Assembly (NCBI GenBank): GCA_028534125.1
Contig: CM052842.1
Coordinates: 1,178,001 to 1,242,000, forward strand
Source of the DNA: Lama glama
Taxonomy: Eukaryota
Direction: 5' to 3'
Length of the DNA: 64,000 bases
The stretch's first letter is position 1. Each line of letters starts with the position of its first letter. Positions 1 through 19,717 of this stretch are shown here, one piece after another. The notes beneath the pieces are model-generated. The model did not search any database and was not told where the DNA came from. It saw only the letters and a program-made list of their open reading frames with translations. The translations under genes and the position numbers were made by a program.

Positions 1-1899
1 AGCTGTGCTGTGTGGAAAGCAGCTGTCTAGGTGGGCACATGCTCAGCCCAGAGTGGGTGCTCAAGAAAGGTTTATCGACGGAATGAGATGGAAATAAATA
101 AATGTAATACATTATTATGAGGGAGGATGTATTATTTTCCAGTTGGAAGGTGGGGGTTAGAAACTCTTACCTGTGAACTTCTGATTCTGGCCTGTGCTCT
201 GCTGGTTCTCCACATAATGATCTAATTTGGTGCTCACAAATTGTGATATAGAATTATTGTTGCCAACTTACTGATGTGGCTCAGAGAGGATATGTATCTT
301 GTCCAAGATGACAGAGAAATGAGTGGCAGAGCTGGGCTACAAAGTAGAGTGAATGTCCCAGGATGCTGGGAGAGCCTTCCTGCCTGCCCACATGCCTGCC
401 TGCTTAGGGGCACATGGCACACAGCAGATGAGCCCACAGACCATGTGTTGGCTCTCCACTCTGGGCCATCACTAATCTAGGGTCTCTCAAAGACTGAAAC
501 CCTGGGGATATGGAGGGAGCCCCAGATGGAATGTTGCATAGCAACTGAAAAAGACAAGCACATAGACAACACTGGTATTGAAAACGTGTGTAGAGGACCT
601 TACGGTTCTGTCTGCCCACTCCAGCATCCTGCGTCTCCTGAGTCAATTCCTAGTAAGACTTGTGCATCTACCTCCCTCCCTCTCCAATTGCTTCTGTTTC
701 TCTGGAGAGCCTGACCAATATATCTTTTTTCTAATTAGGAAACAGATTTGGAGAGATTAATAACTTGTTCAACCTTACGGTTAAGTGTAGATTGGGCTTT
801 AAGTTCCAAAGATTTTCTTAACCATTATGCCACACTGTTTATATTCATATAACAATAAAAACCCTTCTATCCAACTGAAAAGTCTCCACATCAAGGTTCA
901 TTTCTGTCCCTCATTTACTGACCCACAGGCACGTGCAGCCTGCTCCATATTCTGTATTCAGAGTCCAAGATGGTGATTAAGTCAGCTCCTGGGCCCTTGT
1001 GTGGGGTCTAGAAGCTCCTCAGAGGACCACCTTTCTTTAGGACCTTTATTTCTTTCTGGGACCCGAAGCAGATACTTCTACACAAGTGGTCACTTCCTGG
1101 GCTCTGACATTCACAGGGACCGCTTCCCTGGTGCCTTGCTACTTCTCACTCAGTGCCCCCCCCCCCCGTGGCCAGCCCTGGCCCCAAGTGGCTTTCTGCT
1201 GAGACTGTCCACTACCAGTGTCCCTGGCCTGTCCTTAGTTGTTGACAGAGCCTTTCCAGGAGCTCCTCTTATGGAGATTTGCTGTGTTCTTGGTGGCATG
1301 CAAAGGATTCTATAGCCGTCCTGCCAACTATCCTATGCAGTGCCAATAGACTGCTGTTCCTGTTCCCAGAGGAGCAAACAGGCACCATGATGGCCAGCAA
1401 GTGCCTGGGCTGGCATCAGATCCAGCGGACCCTGAACCTGGTCTCCCAGAGACCACTGGGTCACTTCAGGGAAGAGCACGAGGCTGGAGCCAAGGATCCC
1501 GGCCTGGGTGGGAAGGAGAGCAGCAGCCCCAGGTGATAATAGCATCAGCGGGAGGTGCAGGAGAGTGGCGGTTGAACTAGACACACTCTCTCCTAAGCTG
1601 GACAGAGGCTCAGGAGCGGGCCTAGAGCGCAGAGGAGGAACTGGAGGATGACGACGGCCCGGGGGGTGGGTGGGAGGTGAGGCGTGACCCCTGTGCCCGA
1701 GTCACGAGGTAGCGGGACAGCGCACAGACTCCCGGCTGTACCTACGGACCCAGAAGCGGTCAGGGGACGAGAACGATAATGTCTTGTTCAGCCACATGCT
1801 GACAAACCCGGGCGGGCACAACAGGTAGAGAGGGTGCCCTGAGGAGTCCTCGTCTGGGTCCTGCCAGGAGCTAGGGGTTCTCGGGAAATGCTAAATGGA

Positions 1900-2350
1900 T
1901 CAGACGCAACGCTCGAGAATCCGAAAATCCGTCCCAAGCCCGCAAACACACATGCCGTCCAGGCCATGTCTGCGGCATTGCCTGCAAAGGGAGGACAGCC
2001 CGACGCCTAGGCGCTGCGGCTTGGGGCGGCCAGCTCTACGCGCCCGGGAGCTCCCGCCCCGCCTCCAGCCTGGTCCGGCCCGGCCGCCGCGCTCTGGCTC
2101 AGGTGCGCTACCTCCTGGATGGCCCAAGACGGCGTGGAGGACTGCCGGGCTCTGCTCTCGGGTGCCGTGGTGCAGGCATCCGAGTCCAGCCTTGGCGCTG
2201 AGGCTGCGGGACGACCCTTCTGGAGCACAGGCTGCCCCTGCCACTCCCCGCCCGCCCTGCTTGGGGCCTCGCTGCCCCAAGGCCGAAGCCTCACTTTACC
2301 CGCGCAGTATTAGGGACAGAGGGGAGTCGGGAGAAGGCGGGCTTCCCTCG
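1900..2350. promoter_or_regulatory. CpG-rich patch downstream of GLI4, possible promoter or enhancer
   Basis: Elevated CpG and GC boxes (cccgccccgcc); no recognisable protein. Confidence 0.35.
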
Positions 2351-3210
2351 TCTTCTAGGGTGTCACAGTGAACCAGCAAAAACTTAAGGTGCCTTGACCC
2401 TGGTGGGGGAGTCCAAAGCACTTGGTGGCCTCAGGGCCATGGGAGTGTAGCCCGGGGAGGCGAGCAGCCCAACCGCACGGCCCGCTGATCAGAATCACAG
2501 GGACAGGAAGAATGGGGATGTGGGACTCAGAGTTGCAGCCTCCCGAAGTGCCAGTAACTCCTCAGCCGGGGGAGTCTCAAAACTGCCCAGGGGGGAGCAG
2601 GGGGGCAGGGAGAAGTCACCTCACCCTGCTGAGCTCTTCCCTTTACCACAGGGGCTGGAGGTCTGAGAGCTACAGGGCAGTCAGGGCAGATCTGAAGACG
2701 GCCAAAGCCCCACCCAGCTGCAGCTGCCTACACCTGTCAAGAGAGGAACCTCCTGGGCCCCCAGCTTCCCCAGGCAGCTGTTAAGGCTGGGCAGGAGCGC
2801 CCTCCCCTGAAGCTCATGGGCCTCAGGCAGCCACCGTAAGTGCAGAGGCAGGGCGAGAAGGCAAAGAGCAGATCTGAGGGCTTGCCGCAGGGAGAACACA
2901 CTACAGGCGTCCTCCCAGACACGGGAGGGAACGGAATTATCACAGATCGCAGCCCAGGGTGAGAGCCGGTGGCCTGGGCCAGCCCTGTCTTTGCCTGACC
3001 CGCTCTGGGTCTCTGCATCTGGAAACACCCATCTTGGGGTGCCTGACCATCCCTGGCTAGGCTCCGGGTAAGTCCTGACGCCTCCAAGCCTCGGTCCCCA
3101 GTGAGCTCGGTGGGCTCTCCCTTAGGCCTGTCACTCCTCTGCTGAGACAAGCCCTCAGGGATGAGAAGCGACCCTGTGGCCTTCCTCCTGTTTCCATCAA
3201 GTAAAAAGAA

Positions 3211-3216
3211 TTTATT
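3211..3216 (-). terminator. GLI4 polyadenylation signal AATAAA
   Basis: tttatt on + about 120 nt past the stop codon. Confidence 0.75.
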
Positions 3217-3338
3217 CAGGACATGGCACGTGCTACTGGTTGTGCCAGCCAGTAAGGGTGAGAAGGCAGGAGCCCTCCCCGCCATCCAAGGCTGCTGCCC
3301 CACGTCCCTCCGAGGCTCAGCCACGGCCCCTGCGCCCG

Positions 3339-8819
<5,481 letters not shown>

Positions 8820-10049
8820 CTTCCCCCAAGGCCTGCTGAAGGTATGCACACCTGGGACCTGGGGAAATGAAAACCATGGCAGGATGAGGGGGTCAGAGGG
8901 ATGTGCGGGGTGGGGATGAGCGTGGCAACATCAGCTGTCAATCAGCCACAGGTGAGCTGGAGGCTCCTTCACTGGGTGAGAGGAACAAAGTGCCCAAAGG
9001 TGACTGGGATCCCTGGCATGTTAATAACCACGTGGACAGCACCAGCACACCTGCAGGAACTGAATGGAAGCTCTCGTCCCAGCAGTGGTCTGGAGTGTCC
9101 TCCCAACCCACGGCCTTGTCCACAGACAGAAGCAAGCTGGTTCTTCCAGAAAAACCCCCCATATCATAGCTGGGGGCCGCTGGCCCTGAGGAGGGCAAAA
9201 ACATTGAACCTTGCCTGCTGGAGCGTGACCGTTATAGGGTAAATCTTAATGGGACATTTCCAGGGAGAAAAACCCTCCTCAGAGCCCTCAGAGGCTGCGG
9301 CCGTGACACACCACATGCCCGCCCCGCCCATGGCGCCCTCATCCTCTTTTGGGGTCAAAGACACTTTTCTTTACTCAGGTTTGCCAGGACAGCTGGGTCC
9401 AAAGTGAGAAGGACTTGTCTTTCACGCTGTGATGAAGTAGGATTCCTTATCTGGGGCAAAAAAGGGGCAGGGGAAGGAAAACATAACGTGCATCCAGCAA
9501 CAGCACAGACAGTCCCTGCTTCAAAGGACTTCAACAGCACAAGCAGCCCCAACAGGGCTCCTCAACAGTGCTGAGACCTCTGGGGTCAGCCCTCGTCCGA
9601 CCTCACCTCCTAGTGATGGGAAGGGTCACTGGCACCCAGGTAAGTGGACACGGGGTGGGGCTGCAGTCATGACATCTAGGTGCAGGTCCTTACCGCCCCC
9701 ACCATGTCAGAACTTGTTACTCGGTTAATTTCCGGGGGACTTATCTGTGAAAGGGCAGGTTCACCCCTACCCTGGCTGGCTGAGGGGAGGTGGCGGTCAC
9801 ACAGGGACGCCAGGGCAAACTCTTGAGTGCAGGCTCCATGCTCACGCTGCTGCAACGGGCTGAAGGCAGAGGGGACACAAACGCCACGGGCCCAAGAGCA
9901 AACCTTCCTCACCCCCTCTTTCCCAGCTTGAGCCTGCACCCCGTGGGAGAGGGCCCAATCTCGGGGCGCTTGGCAGCAGCGAGCAGGCTGCCCGGCTGAG
10001 TCCAGCAGCGGCCCTCGGGCCAGGGTCAGCTCTTGGGCCTCAGCTTCCC

Positions 10050-10550
10050 AACTGCAAAGTGGGCATCACGACAGCTCGCGTCCCCGGGGTTCCGGGCGCG
10101 TGGGGAGGCGCCCCGCAAACGGACACCTGCGACCGCCAGGGGCCAGGGCGCCCGCTGCGGCCCGCCGCCCGCGCCCCCTTGGCCCGGCGAGGGCCAGGGT
10201 CGCGGTGGCTGCGGGGACGGCGCAGCGGGGGCGGGACCCGGCCCGCCGGGACGCCGGGCGCCCCGGCAGTCGCCAGCGCCACCGCCCGGATCCCACTCAC
10301 CTTCCGAGCGGGAGGCGGCCGCCCGCGCGCCGGCCGGAAATGCACCCGCGCCCCGCCCCGCGCACTTCCTGGACGCTCTGGGCGCCCGGAGGACTGCCGC
10401 CTCGGTGGTCGCGCGAGGCGGGGCTCCCCGGGAGGTGGGCGGGGCCTGTGGAGGCTGGCCACCCCTGGTTCGTCCCCTGGGCTCGCGGTCCCCTGTCCAC
10501 GCGGTTTCAGGGCAGCGCTCGTGTGGCAGGATCCCTCCTTGCGCAGCGAG
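10050..10550 (-). promoter_or_regulatory. GLI4 CpG-island promoter and non-coding exon 1 (exon ends at 10301)
   Basis: Dense CpG, GC boxes, ETS-like CCGGAA/CTTCC motifs, consensus donor AAG|GTGAGT at 10301/10300. Confidence 0.8.
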
Positions 10551-12317
10551 GGCTGGATTGTATACCACAGCAAAGGTCTTGTTACCCCCTGGGATTCTCC
10601 CGTCGGTAATATTAAAAGTTCCGTCCGAATCATCCTCGGAGGGCTCTTGCTTTTTTCAGAATGCTTCTACGAAGGGCCATCATTTGCTGGGAAACTTGCT
10701 GAAAGCAGATTCTTTCTGCCTTTTTTGAGGGTGTCTCGAATGCCTCCTAAACAGCCCTGTCATTGAAATGTGTTCCAAAATCTAGGGGCTTAGGAGTGTG
10801 TTACAGATTTTGCCAAAATCTTTTTGTGGAATTCTTCCTGAATTTCCTGATTTTCATCCAAAGCCTCTTTCTCAGCCCACTTCTTACAACCGGAAGGAGG
10901 GTTTAAGCGTCACCCCCTCTTGTGGGGAAAAGCAAACAGCTGGAGAAGGATTCCATGAAGCAATCCAGCAGGGAAAAACACCCACAGGCGCTACCCCTGA
11001 GCCCGGGCAGGCAGACAGCAAGGAGACAGCAAGGGAGGAACCACTGCCAGCGGCCCCACTCCCGAGGATCTCATCAGGGAGCGAGCGACCTCTGGCCCCA
11101 AGGTGGGTCCTAGGCAGCAGAGAAACTGGAGGATCAAGGACATGTGAAGGACCAAGGGTGTGGGAAGGGGCTGTCCTTGGTGGGTGGTGAGACCAGGGAG
11201 AGAGCTGGGGAAGAGGCTGAAGCGCGCTGAGAGCTGGAGAAAAAGAGCCTGCACCTGGGGCAGCAGATTCCTGCCAATGGCTAGAGGCTGCAGTGGTAGT
11301 GGAACTGCCTGCTCCACCAGCCCCGCTGGTTCTATAGTCACCCCTGCTCCCCTCCGCCTGACCTCGGGCCAGGCTCTGGGCCACAATCTGGGGGACAGTG
11401 TGGAATAGGACAGGCCCCTGCCTCAGAGGGCTCTCTAAGGAGGTGACATCCAGGAGGAAGGGGAGGGAGGAGGGCAGGCTAGTCACACAAAGGCTGGAGG
11501 TGAGAGTATTCAAGTCAGAAGAGTGTGCAAAGGTCCCAAGGCATCATGGACTGTCATCTCTGATGTGGAAGACCAGGCAAGCTGGTGCGTGGTGACAAGG
11601 GGAGGGTGAAACGAGCTGGACTGTGGCTTGAAGCCAATTCGGAACCTGGGTTTCAGTCTGCTTGCACCAGGAGCCACTGAAGGTCCTGAGCAGGGGAGGT
11701 AGGATCCATTAAGTTCAATTTGCAGTTAAGGTCAATTTGAGGCGGCGGGAGAGATGGGCTGAATGGAGGGCCCCATATGGGGACAGAACTGACAGGACTG
11801 GCTGCTGGCTGGGACATGGGGCATAAGGACTCAGTATTCAGGCTGGAGTGCGGCTGATGGCTGCTTTTGGAGATGGGGAGACGGCAGGGTAGAGGAGGGG
11901 GCTTGGGATGGAGGCCATGTCCTCCCCATGGAGGAGAGAGGTAGCTGTGGCCTGGACCTTCACCTGTTCTCTTCAGTCTGTCCGGCCGCTTCAGTTTCAG
12001 AGGGCTGGGGGCACCTTCTGTTTCCCATGAGGCGGGGAGACCTGAGGGGTTCTAATCACTCCTATGGAATCTTCTAGCCAATCACCACTTGTCTGCCTGC
12101 CTCTGCCCCACCTTTGGGGGGACCTAGACGCTGTCCCCAGGCCCTGCCAGGCTTCTCAGAATGAATGGGCACCTTGCCAAGTGCTCAGGCTTCTGCTGAA
12201 AGCTGCCTCTCGTTTTCCAGCTTCTAAAACTTTGCCAACAGCTTGTACCCTCTCTTGCCCTTGAATCGCTTTAGCCTTTACCTATCGTCATGGTCTAGTG
12301 GGTCCCCACCCTCACTT

Positions 12318-12455
12318 TATAGGAAGCTGAGCAGCTTCCCTGCCCCCACCCACCAGATGCCAGTAGCACCTGCCCTCAGCTGACAACCAGAAATGTTCCC
12401 AGGTATGCCAACGTCCCTTCTCAGGGCAGAATCCCCCCTTGTGAGAACAGCTGCT
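12318..12455 (+). mobile_element. MER20-like hAT DNA transposon fragment
   Basis: ccaccagatgccagtagcac...tgacaaccagaaatgtt...cagaatcccccttgtgagaac resembles the recalled MER20 3' half. Confidence 0.65.
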
Positions 12456-15400
12456 CGAACGAAGGCCACATGAGCAGGTGCACAGGGAGGGGGACAGACG
12501 GGAGCCCATCAGGACTCAGGACCCGAGGGCGGTGACCCCAGGGGCTCAGGAAGCGGACAGGGTCACGGCGTGCTGCAGGCACCAAGCAGCCCGCCAGCCT
12601 ACCCTAGTCTCCCAGGGACAGGTGTCCCCGCTTTTGGAGAGTTTACGCCATTTTGTGTTTACAAACAACCTATGTTAGTACCCATTTTCCGACAAATCTA
12701 AAGAGGATTTTAGCTTTGTGAACGCAGGTGAAAAGTGGAAACAGGGCTCAGCGTTCATTCTGCAGCAGCTGTTACAGAGGCAGCGAGAGCCCCCGCCAGA
12801 CTCCTTCCCAGAACTGCACTCAGCACGGAGCCCCCAGCGCGGTGACCCGCTGTGAGCAAGGTGTGTCCCAAGGTAACTGCCCCTTCACCTTGTGCCATTT
12901 CTGCTTTTGCAGGCATCATTCCTACTCTGCTTTGGAGGCAGGGGATCCTGTCTGCAGGGTCAGAAAGGTGGCATCTGTGGAGGGACACGGTACTTTGTGC
13001 AAGGGCTCATGCCCACCCTGAGTTAGCAAGTTCCTTTTCTGACTTGTGTGTTGGTCTCTTACACATTAGGTTAATAGGAGGCGGCCCCCAAGGGACGCAT
13101 CCAGAGGCAGCGACCGGTTGGGTCTCTGGCTCTGCAGGAGGGGGGCCAGACCCTGGGCCGGGAGACGGCACCAATGGTCTCTCCCTGGGAGGCAGTGGCG
13201 CCTTCCCAGGGAATCTTGACTGCAGGGAGAGCAACTGAGTGGTGAACAGGTCAGAATAGATGTTTATTGTGGGAGAAAACAAGATTGCCAGCCAGCAGCA
13301 GGACAAGGGCGCACTGACAGGTGCCGGGGGGCTGGGGGGAGACATGGGGGCCAGTGCAGCCCACCTGGGCTGGGGGAACGCCACGTGACACGTGAGCCCG
13401 GGAAAGCTAGGAGAGAGCAGCTGAGGACATCTGGCCCAAATGCAGAGCACACTTACTAGGGACTGCAGGAAATGAAGATGTAAGAAAGTAGTTGAACAAA
13501 TCTGATTCATTGGAAAGTTGTTTCCAGACAATAAAAATTACAGCAGGGAACACCAGACTGCGTAGTGTCTGCCCTAGCACAGGCCCAAGACCAGCAGCTG
13601 CACGCGGGTGTCTACAGCCCACGGCCACCTCGCGTTGCCAGGGGACCATGAAGAGGAGACCGGTATCCTAAGTGCACAAGTTCTGCAGGAAACAAGCGCA
13701 CAGTAACACCAGGAAGCGGGGACACTAAAAGCACACAAGCCCAGGATGCCGGGTGGGCAAGGCTGCAGTGACACAGGTTACACCTGGGGCCACAGGGAGC
13801 TCGTGGGCTGTGCTGCATGTGCCGATGCTGGGGCCGCCCAGTTCCAGATCGAGCTGTGCACTGTCCTCAGGGTCTGGAAACCTCCCCATCTGTGGAGCTT
13901 GCAGGCAACTGTGGGCAGCAGCAGCCCGGGCCCGTGGCCATGCCTGCACCCCGCCGGGACTCCGGTCAAAGGGAGGGGCCCTGGCTCCGTGGTTTGCTGA
14001 ACAGGTGGCTGGAGTTGGTGAGGGAAGAACCAGCAAACGGTGAACTTCAAGGCATAGGCTGCTGCTCAGAGCTGCAGCCCCAACCTCTGCACTGCTCCCA
14101 ACCTGATCCCCAGCCTGACCCCGCTCTGGTCCCAACACTGCTTCCTTGGGCCTCAGAGACACCCCTTTACCCCTCCATCCTGGCTCACTGAGAACCCTGA
14201 CCTCTCTGTGACCTCCCTGTGCTGCTCCAGAGCAACTGTCCAAGTGCCCCGCCGCCAGCACCTCTGTGAGCCCCGTGACCCAGAGCCTTGGCCTTCCTCC
14301 CTGGCCCACCCCGGCCTTGTTCTGCAGTGTACTTTGGCCTCTAGCTCACTTGCAGAGGGGAGGAACAATCACATCTTGGTGCCCAAGTTGGGGACAGACA
14401 TGAAAGGCCAACAGAAATAAAGCCCAGGTGACACCCTGGTGCCCGGAGTCTCCTCAGGAATGCAGCGGGCCCGGCAAGGGTGACCCAGGCTGGAGCCGGC
14501 CAGACCCGCCTGCCCCAGCCACGCTGCTGGCTCTCCCAGCTCCCACCTTCCCTCCGGGCACCCAGGATGGGCCTGGCACGGCTCACAGGAAGCCAGCATG
14601 AAGGACCACAGACGTCGTGTCTGCCAGACATCCACAGGCATCCCTGCGCCCACCCATGGTCCTCTGTGGCCTTCGCCCTGACATGTGGACATGAGGTGCC
14701 CTGAGGTATTTCTGTGGTCGCTGCTGTTAACAGTTTTCCTGCAACAAAAACCCATGCTCAGCAGGGAGGGGACACCCTGAGGGGCGGTGGTTCTGAAGGG
14801 CATCTCCCGTGGAGAAGGGTCTGACTTTGCTGGCAGGTGTCTGCCTGGAGCCCGCTCTCCCACTCCGTGCTGAGGGAGAGGAGCTGAGTGCTGCCCTGTC
14901 AGGACAGCCCGGCGGGGTCAGGCGGGACGAAGGACGTTCCTACAAGTCTGCACTGTGAACTTCTAAACCTTTGAAAAGGTCTGCGACCCTCCGAAGGCTC
15001 CCTGCAGGTCCTGCCCATTTTCATCTCAGGCTTCCTGGGGCCTCTCAGGTCGAACACTCCCCTCCACCTCAGCCCACCCTGCGCCGCGCCCGCCGCTCCT
15101 GCAGCCCAGGCTGTGGACTGCCAGGTGTCCTTCCTTCTCACCATGGCTTCCCGTTCCTTCCTCCTGGGCCCGTGGCTCCCTGGGGCTCAGGAGCGTGGGC
15201 GCTCTGGCAGTTCTGCGGCTCCTCTCCACGCGCAGCCATCAGGAACTCCCTGCTTTAGGGCTGATCTGCCCTCACAGCCCGAAAAGGGTGGGAAACACCT
15301 TTCGAATAAATAAAGACGTGCAATCGTTACCTGGTTCCTTTCTTGGGAAAAGCCAACCATGTGAGTAAGGAAGTGTTCTGAGCTTGGGGATATGTGGACA

Positions 15401-15989
15401 CTGTCCTCGCTGAGGAAATGGCCACTGGGGTCTCCGGGACAGCAAGGGGGTGTGGCTCCGCCTGGGGACCCTAGGCCTGAGTGGCAACAGGACTGCGGGG
15501 AAAGCGCTTTTCTTTTTAAAAATACTTAAGAAAGTTGGCAGACACATCAAGCCCACGCAAGCCCGGGGTGCCTGCAACGCGATGACGTTGACAGTAGTGC
15601 ACCCAGCCCCGCCCACCCTCCAGAGGCCACCAGACGCCGCGCCTGGCCGGGTGGGGGACTGGTCTTCTCTCCCTGGCTGCACGACAGACGCACCCCCAAA
15701 GGACACACACTGTCCCACTTGCTTGGCTCGCACGTGACGGTGATTAAGTCACACCGCGTGTCTCCCCGTCTCTGCTCAGGGCCGCGTCCGAAGCCCGCAG
15801 ATTTCCCTGTGTGTTTCCCCGCGTCGCCGCTGTGCATCTCTGTCCGCATCTCTTCAGGCTCGTGTACAAAGATCCCCTAAGGTGTGTTCATAAGTGACGT
15901 TTCTGGGTTAATAGGGTAAGCGCATCTTCAACTTGCCAGAAAATGCTGTTTCTGTTGCTAAAATAGATGCTAGCTTTTAAAGGCTGCAT

Positions 15990-17900
15990 TTGTTAATAGT
16001 TTATCAAATTCAATTGACTTTTTTTCCTTGTGGTGAAACATACATAGTATTTGTTTTAACCGTCTGTAGGCGAGTCATTCAGTGGCATTACATATTTACA
16101 TGCTGTTTCCATCACCACCACCTACACCCAAAACCCTTCACCCTAACAGCTGCTCCATTCCCATCAACGCGCCAACGCCCTCTCCGCCACCCACCCTCTG
16201 CCACCCAGGTAACTGCTAGGCCCTGCGATGCATGGGCCTGCTCTAGGAACCTCGTCCAGGTGGACTCACAGTGTCTGACCTCTGTGTCTGGCTTCTTTCA
16301 CTAAGCATCATGTTTCCAAGGCTCATCCGTGCTGCAGCGTGTTGGGACTCCGTTCTTTTTGTGGCCACATAGTATTTCACTGTGTGGAGGTGCCACAGTT
16401 TATCTGTTCGTCTGCGGATGGTCTCTTCAGCCATCTCCACCAACGGCTACTGAGAATTATGCTGCTGGGAACATTCCTGTAAAGGCATCTGTTTGAGTCC
16501 TGGCTTTCAATTCTTCTGGATACACACCTCGGTGACTTCTGTATGTTGATCTACATGACAACTTTGCTAAGTAATTTCATGATGTCAATAGTTTGTGATT
16601 ATTTTCAGATTTCTACACAGACAACAGTGTCCTCCGCTAATGGTGATGATGAAGGTTCCCATTCTGATCCTACTTGTGTGTTTTATTCCTCGTGTCACTG
16701 CACTGGCCAGACTCCTAGCACTGAGCAGAACCAGCGATGGGGGACACTCCAGCGCTGCTCTTGTTTCCACAGGGAATGCTGTTTACCATTCAACTTTAAA
16801 GTATAATTTGCTATAGGTTTTGGTAGATATTCTGTATCACGCTTACAAATTCTATTATGTTCCTTATTTATCAAGAGGTGTGAATCATGAGTGGATGGTG
16901 AATTTTAGCATACTTCTTTGCAGCTGCTGAGATGGTAACATGGCACCTCCTCCTCCACAGATGTGTCACTGTGAGGAATCACATCCATCTGGAGCTGAAC
17001 ATGCCTTCCTGGGATAAACCTGGTCTGTCATGCTCTGCCATCTTCTAACTGTCTCTGGATTTGGTTGCCAGTATTTTGTTTAGAACTTCCGCCCCTACGA
17101 GCACGGGACGCTGAGCTGTTATTTTGCTTTTAAATTAAAAAAAATAATTTTTTTTTAGGAGGGAGGTAATTAGGTTTATTTATTTATTTCTAGAGGAGGT
17201 ACTGGGTACTGGGAACCCAGGACCCTGTGCACGCTAAGCATGTGCTCTACCACTGAGCGACACCCCCCACCTCCCTGAGCTGTTGTTTTGACGTCACACT
17301 GCACTGGCCTCGTAAAACGAGGTGGGCAGTGTTTCCTCTTTTCTGTCTCTGAGTCTCCTGGGAAGGCTGCGAACCACGGATGCTGTCTGATGGTTAAAGG
17401 ATTCTCGAGTCAGCTTCAGTAACTCATCTTTCTCGCGAGCACCCACGTCATCTGAGCGCTCACCTCTGTTGGCTGGTGTTTGTCTCCGGTGTACCTGCCT
17501 GCCCCGCTCAGTCCGCAGCAGCTGTGCTCCTTCTCTAGTCCTGGATGCACGGAAGGTCAGGAAGGTCAGTGTTCACGGTCCTGGCAAAGAACCAACCTTT
17601 ACTTTGTAAATTCTCTCAGCGGTATCCATTCCCATTCGTCGTATTAATTTCTGTAATTTATTTCCTCCCTTCTACTTCGAATTCATTCTGTTGGTCTATT
17701 TTAATTTTTAAAGCTGGATGCTTAGCTCGCTGATTCCCAGCTCTGCTGATCAGAAGGTGAGTACATACGGCTACAAGTTTCCATTTGGCTCTAGCCGCGC
17801 CGGGAGGTTCTTGCAGGATGTATTTTCACTATCATCGAGGTTTAAGTATTTTATAACTTTCACTATGTTTCTTTCCCTTTGCCTCAGGTTACTTATGTTT
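15990..17900 (-). mobile_element. Old L1 (L1M-type) fragments
   Basis: T-rich antisense L1 phrases (ggcttctttcactaagcatcatgtttccaaggctcatccgtg; cctgggataaac). Confidence 0.7.
17127..17274 (-). mobile_element. tRNA-Ala-derived SINE (Vic-1-like)
   Basis: Antisense tRNA-like head (ctctaccactgagc), T-rich tail, 16-bp TSD ctgagctgtt(a/g)ttttg at 17111-17126 and 17275-17290. Confidence 0.85.
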
Positions 17901-19124
17901 TCTCTTTCCTGGAACTTGAGTTTAATTTGCATAACAATAACCAAAAAAACCCCTCATCAAAATAGATTAATCGGAAAGATGTGGCTTCCAGGTACTTGGT
18001 GGTGACGTGGTGTCACTATGGTGAAGTCAGGAGAAATGGGAAATGAGCCCTTCTGTCGGCACCAAAACGGAGGGAGGCAAAAAAGACCGCGAACTGATTT
18101 TAGTTTGTGTGATCTTTCTCATGCCTCTCTTTTTCTAAGGAAGTATTTTTCTGTTGGTGTTTTCCAGGTTGGTTTAATTCTCCTCAGACAGGCACTGAGG
18201 ACTATCAGCCTGCACGGCCAGCTCTCGTGCCTGTGGGCAAACGTCCCCTCAGTAAGGACACTAACACATGACCAGAGCCGACACTGGTGGAACAGTCAGG
18301 GGCCAGCACAGCACTGAGGACGTCACACACAAGTCACGCATCAGGTTAAGCACCGCCAGTGCCCCCATTTCACATCCAGGGAAACCACAGCACAAGGAGG
18401 TGAGGGACAGGCCCGAGGTCCCACACGTCCAAGGCACGGGGATCAAGTCAGTAACCCCTGCTCCGAGACTGTGCTCTCTGCCACCTGCTTCCTCTCTAGA
18501 AATCGAAGATGCCGGACTAGAATGTCTTTTCTTCTCACAACTGGCAAGGGCTGAAACCCACCTGCTGTCTGTGCGCTGCTGGGGCCCTCACGTGGCATAG
18601 CCTGGACGGAGGTGTTTGCCAGAATGACTGCCGCCTGTCACTCCACTTCTGGGGACCCATCCTAAAAGCGGAAGAGATATTTACTACGTTATTTACAATA
18701 ACAATATAATAATTCAGTGGATCATTATGCAGCCGCAAAAATAATGCTTCCCATCAGTGATAAAAAGGGAATAAAACAACACAGAAAGTGGCAGCTCTTC
18801 TGTGGTGCATGTGATGCCCTGTAATCTATGATACACATTGTACAGCAATATTTTATATATAACAATATATACATTGTGGTATATTACAACAACATAATAA
18901 ATCAATACCAAACCAAAACAGAGGAGACCCAGACACCCCCAGGACATGGGAGTGCCACGGCAGACGTCCATGTGTCCACACCCCTCTGCCCCAGCACATC
19001 CAGACAAACAGCAGTGCGCCCTGCTCGGAGCATCTCCCGACCCCTCCCCAGGGTTTCTTTCAGCTTCTGTACCACCTTTTCCCTGCCAACACTAGTTCTG
19101 AAGGACTTTAAGACTCACAGGACT

Positions 19125-19330
19125 GGGGCACTCTCACAAACCCTTCATCTAGGGCAGGCCAAGTCCGGCCCCCGCTTGCTTCTGGAGATAAAGCTTTATT
19201 GGCACAGAGCTGCGATTGTCCGTGTCCGTACTGCAACAGCTGCTGCCAGTCACAGCTGAGCCGAGCCGTGACATAGACCTTACGGCTGCAGAGCCGACTC
19301 AGGACCCAGGGGGCCAAAGTCTGCAGACCA
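19125..19330 (+). mobile_element. MER58A-like DNA transposon in the ZFP41 3' region
   Basis: ggccaagtccggccccg...ataaagctttattggcacagagc resembles recalled MER58A. Confidence 0.6.
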
Positions 19331-19717
19331 AAGTCTTCAAAGGAGCAGGTGGGAGAGCTGAAGCCAGAGTGGACACTGCAGGCAGAGGCACAGCTGGAGG
19401 TGCTGGGTGGCTGCAGGTGTCCGGGCCTCCCCTGCCAGGCCGTGCTCAGGAACGAAGCTGCCCTCTGGCAGCAGCCTGCATGCTTGCCTCCCTGGTACTA
19501 ATGCTGCAAGGAGCTTCCTGGTTATCATGGCGTCTCAACCCAGAGATTCTCTGGAGCAGAGGGGTCTCTGGCCACACTTGGGAGATCGCTTGCCTAGCTG
19601 AGGGCTTTTTCTGGTGAAAGTGGGACCCCCTCGCTGGAAGGGGAGGACCCCAGGCAGGCCGGCCAGGGAGGTTCTTGCGGGCACAGAGCTCAAGCCTGGC
19701 TGACGGCTTCCCCATGC

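Noticed and set aside
1279-1584. Short ORFs with signal-peptide-like or lipoxygenase-like words (RPLGHF)
   Set aside because: Match too short and no supporting exon chain.
10026-10766. Stack of 170-235-aa ORFs (similar at 22863-24025)
   Set aside because: Stop-codon depletion in CpG islands; Ala/Gly/Pro/Arg-rich in all frames.
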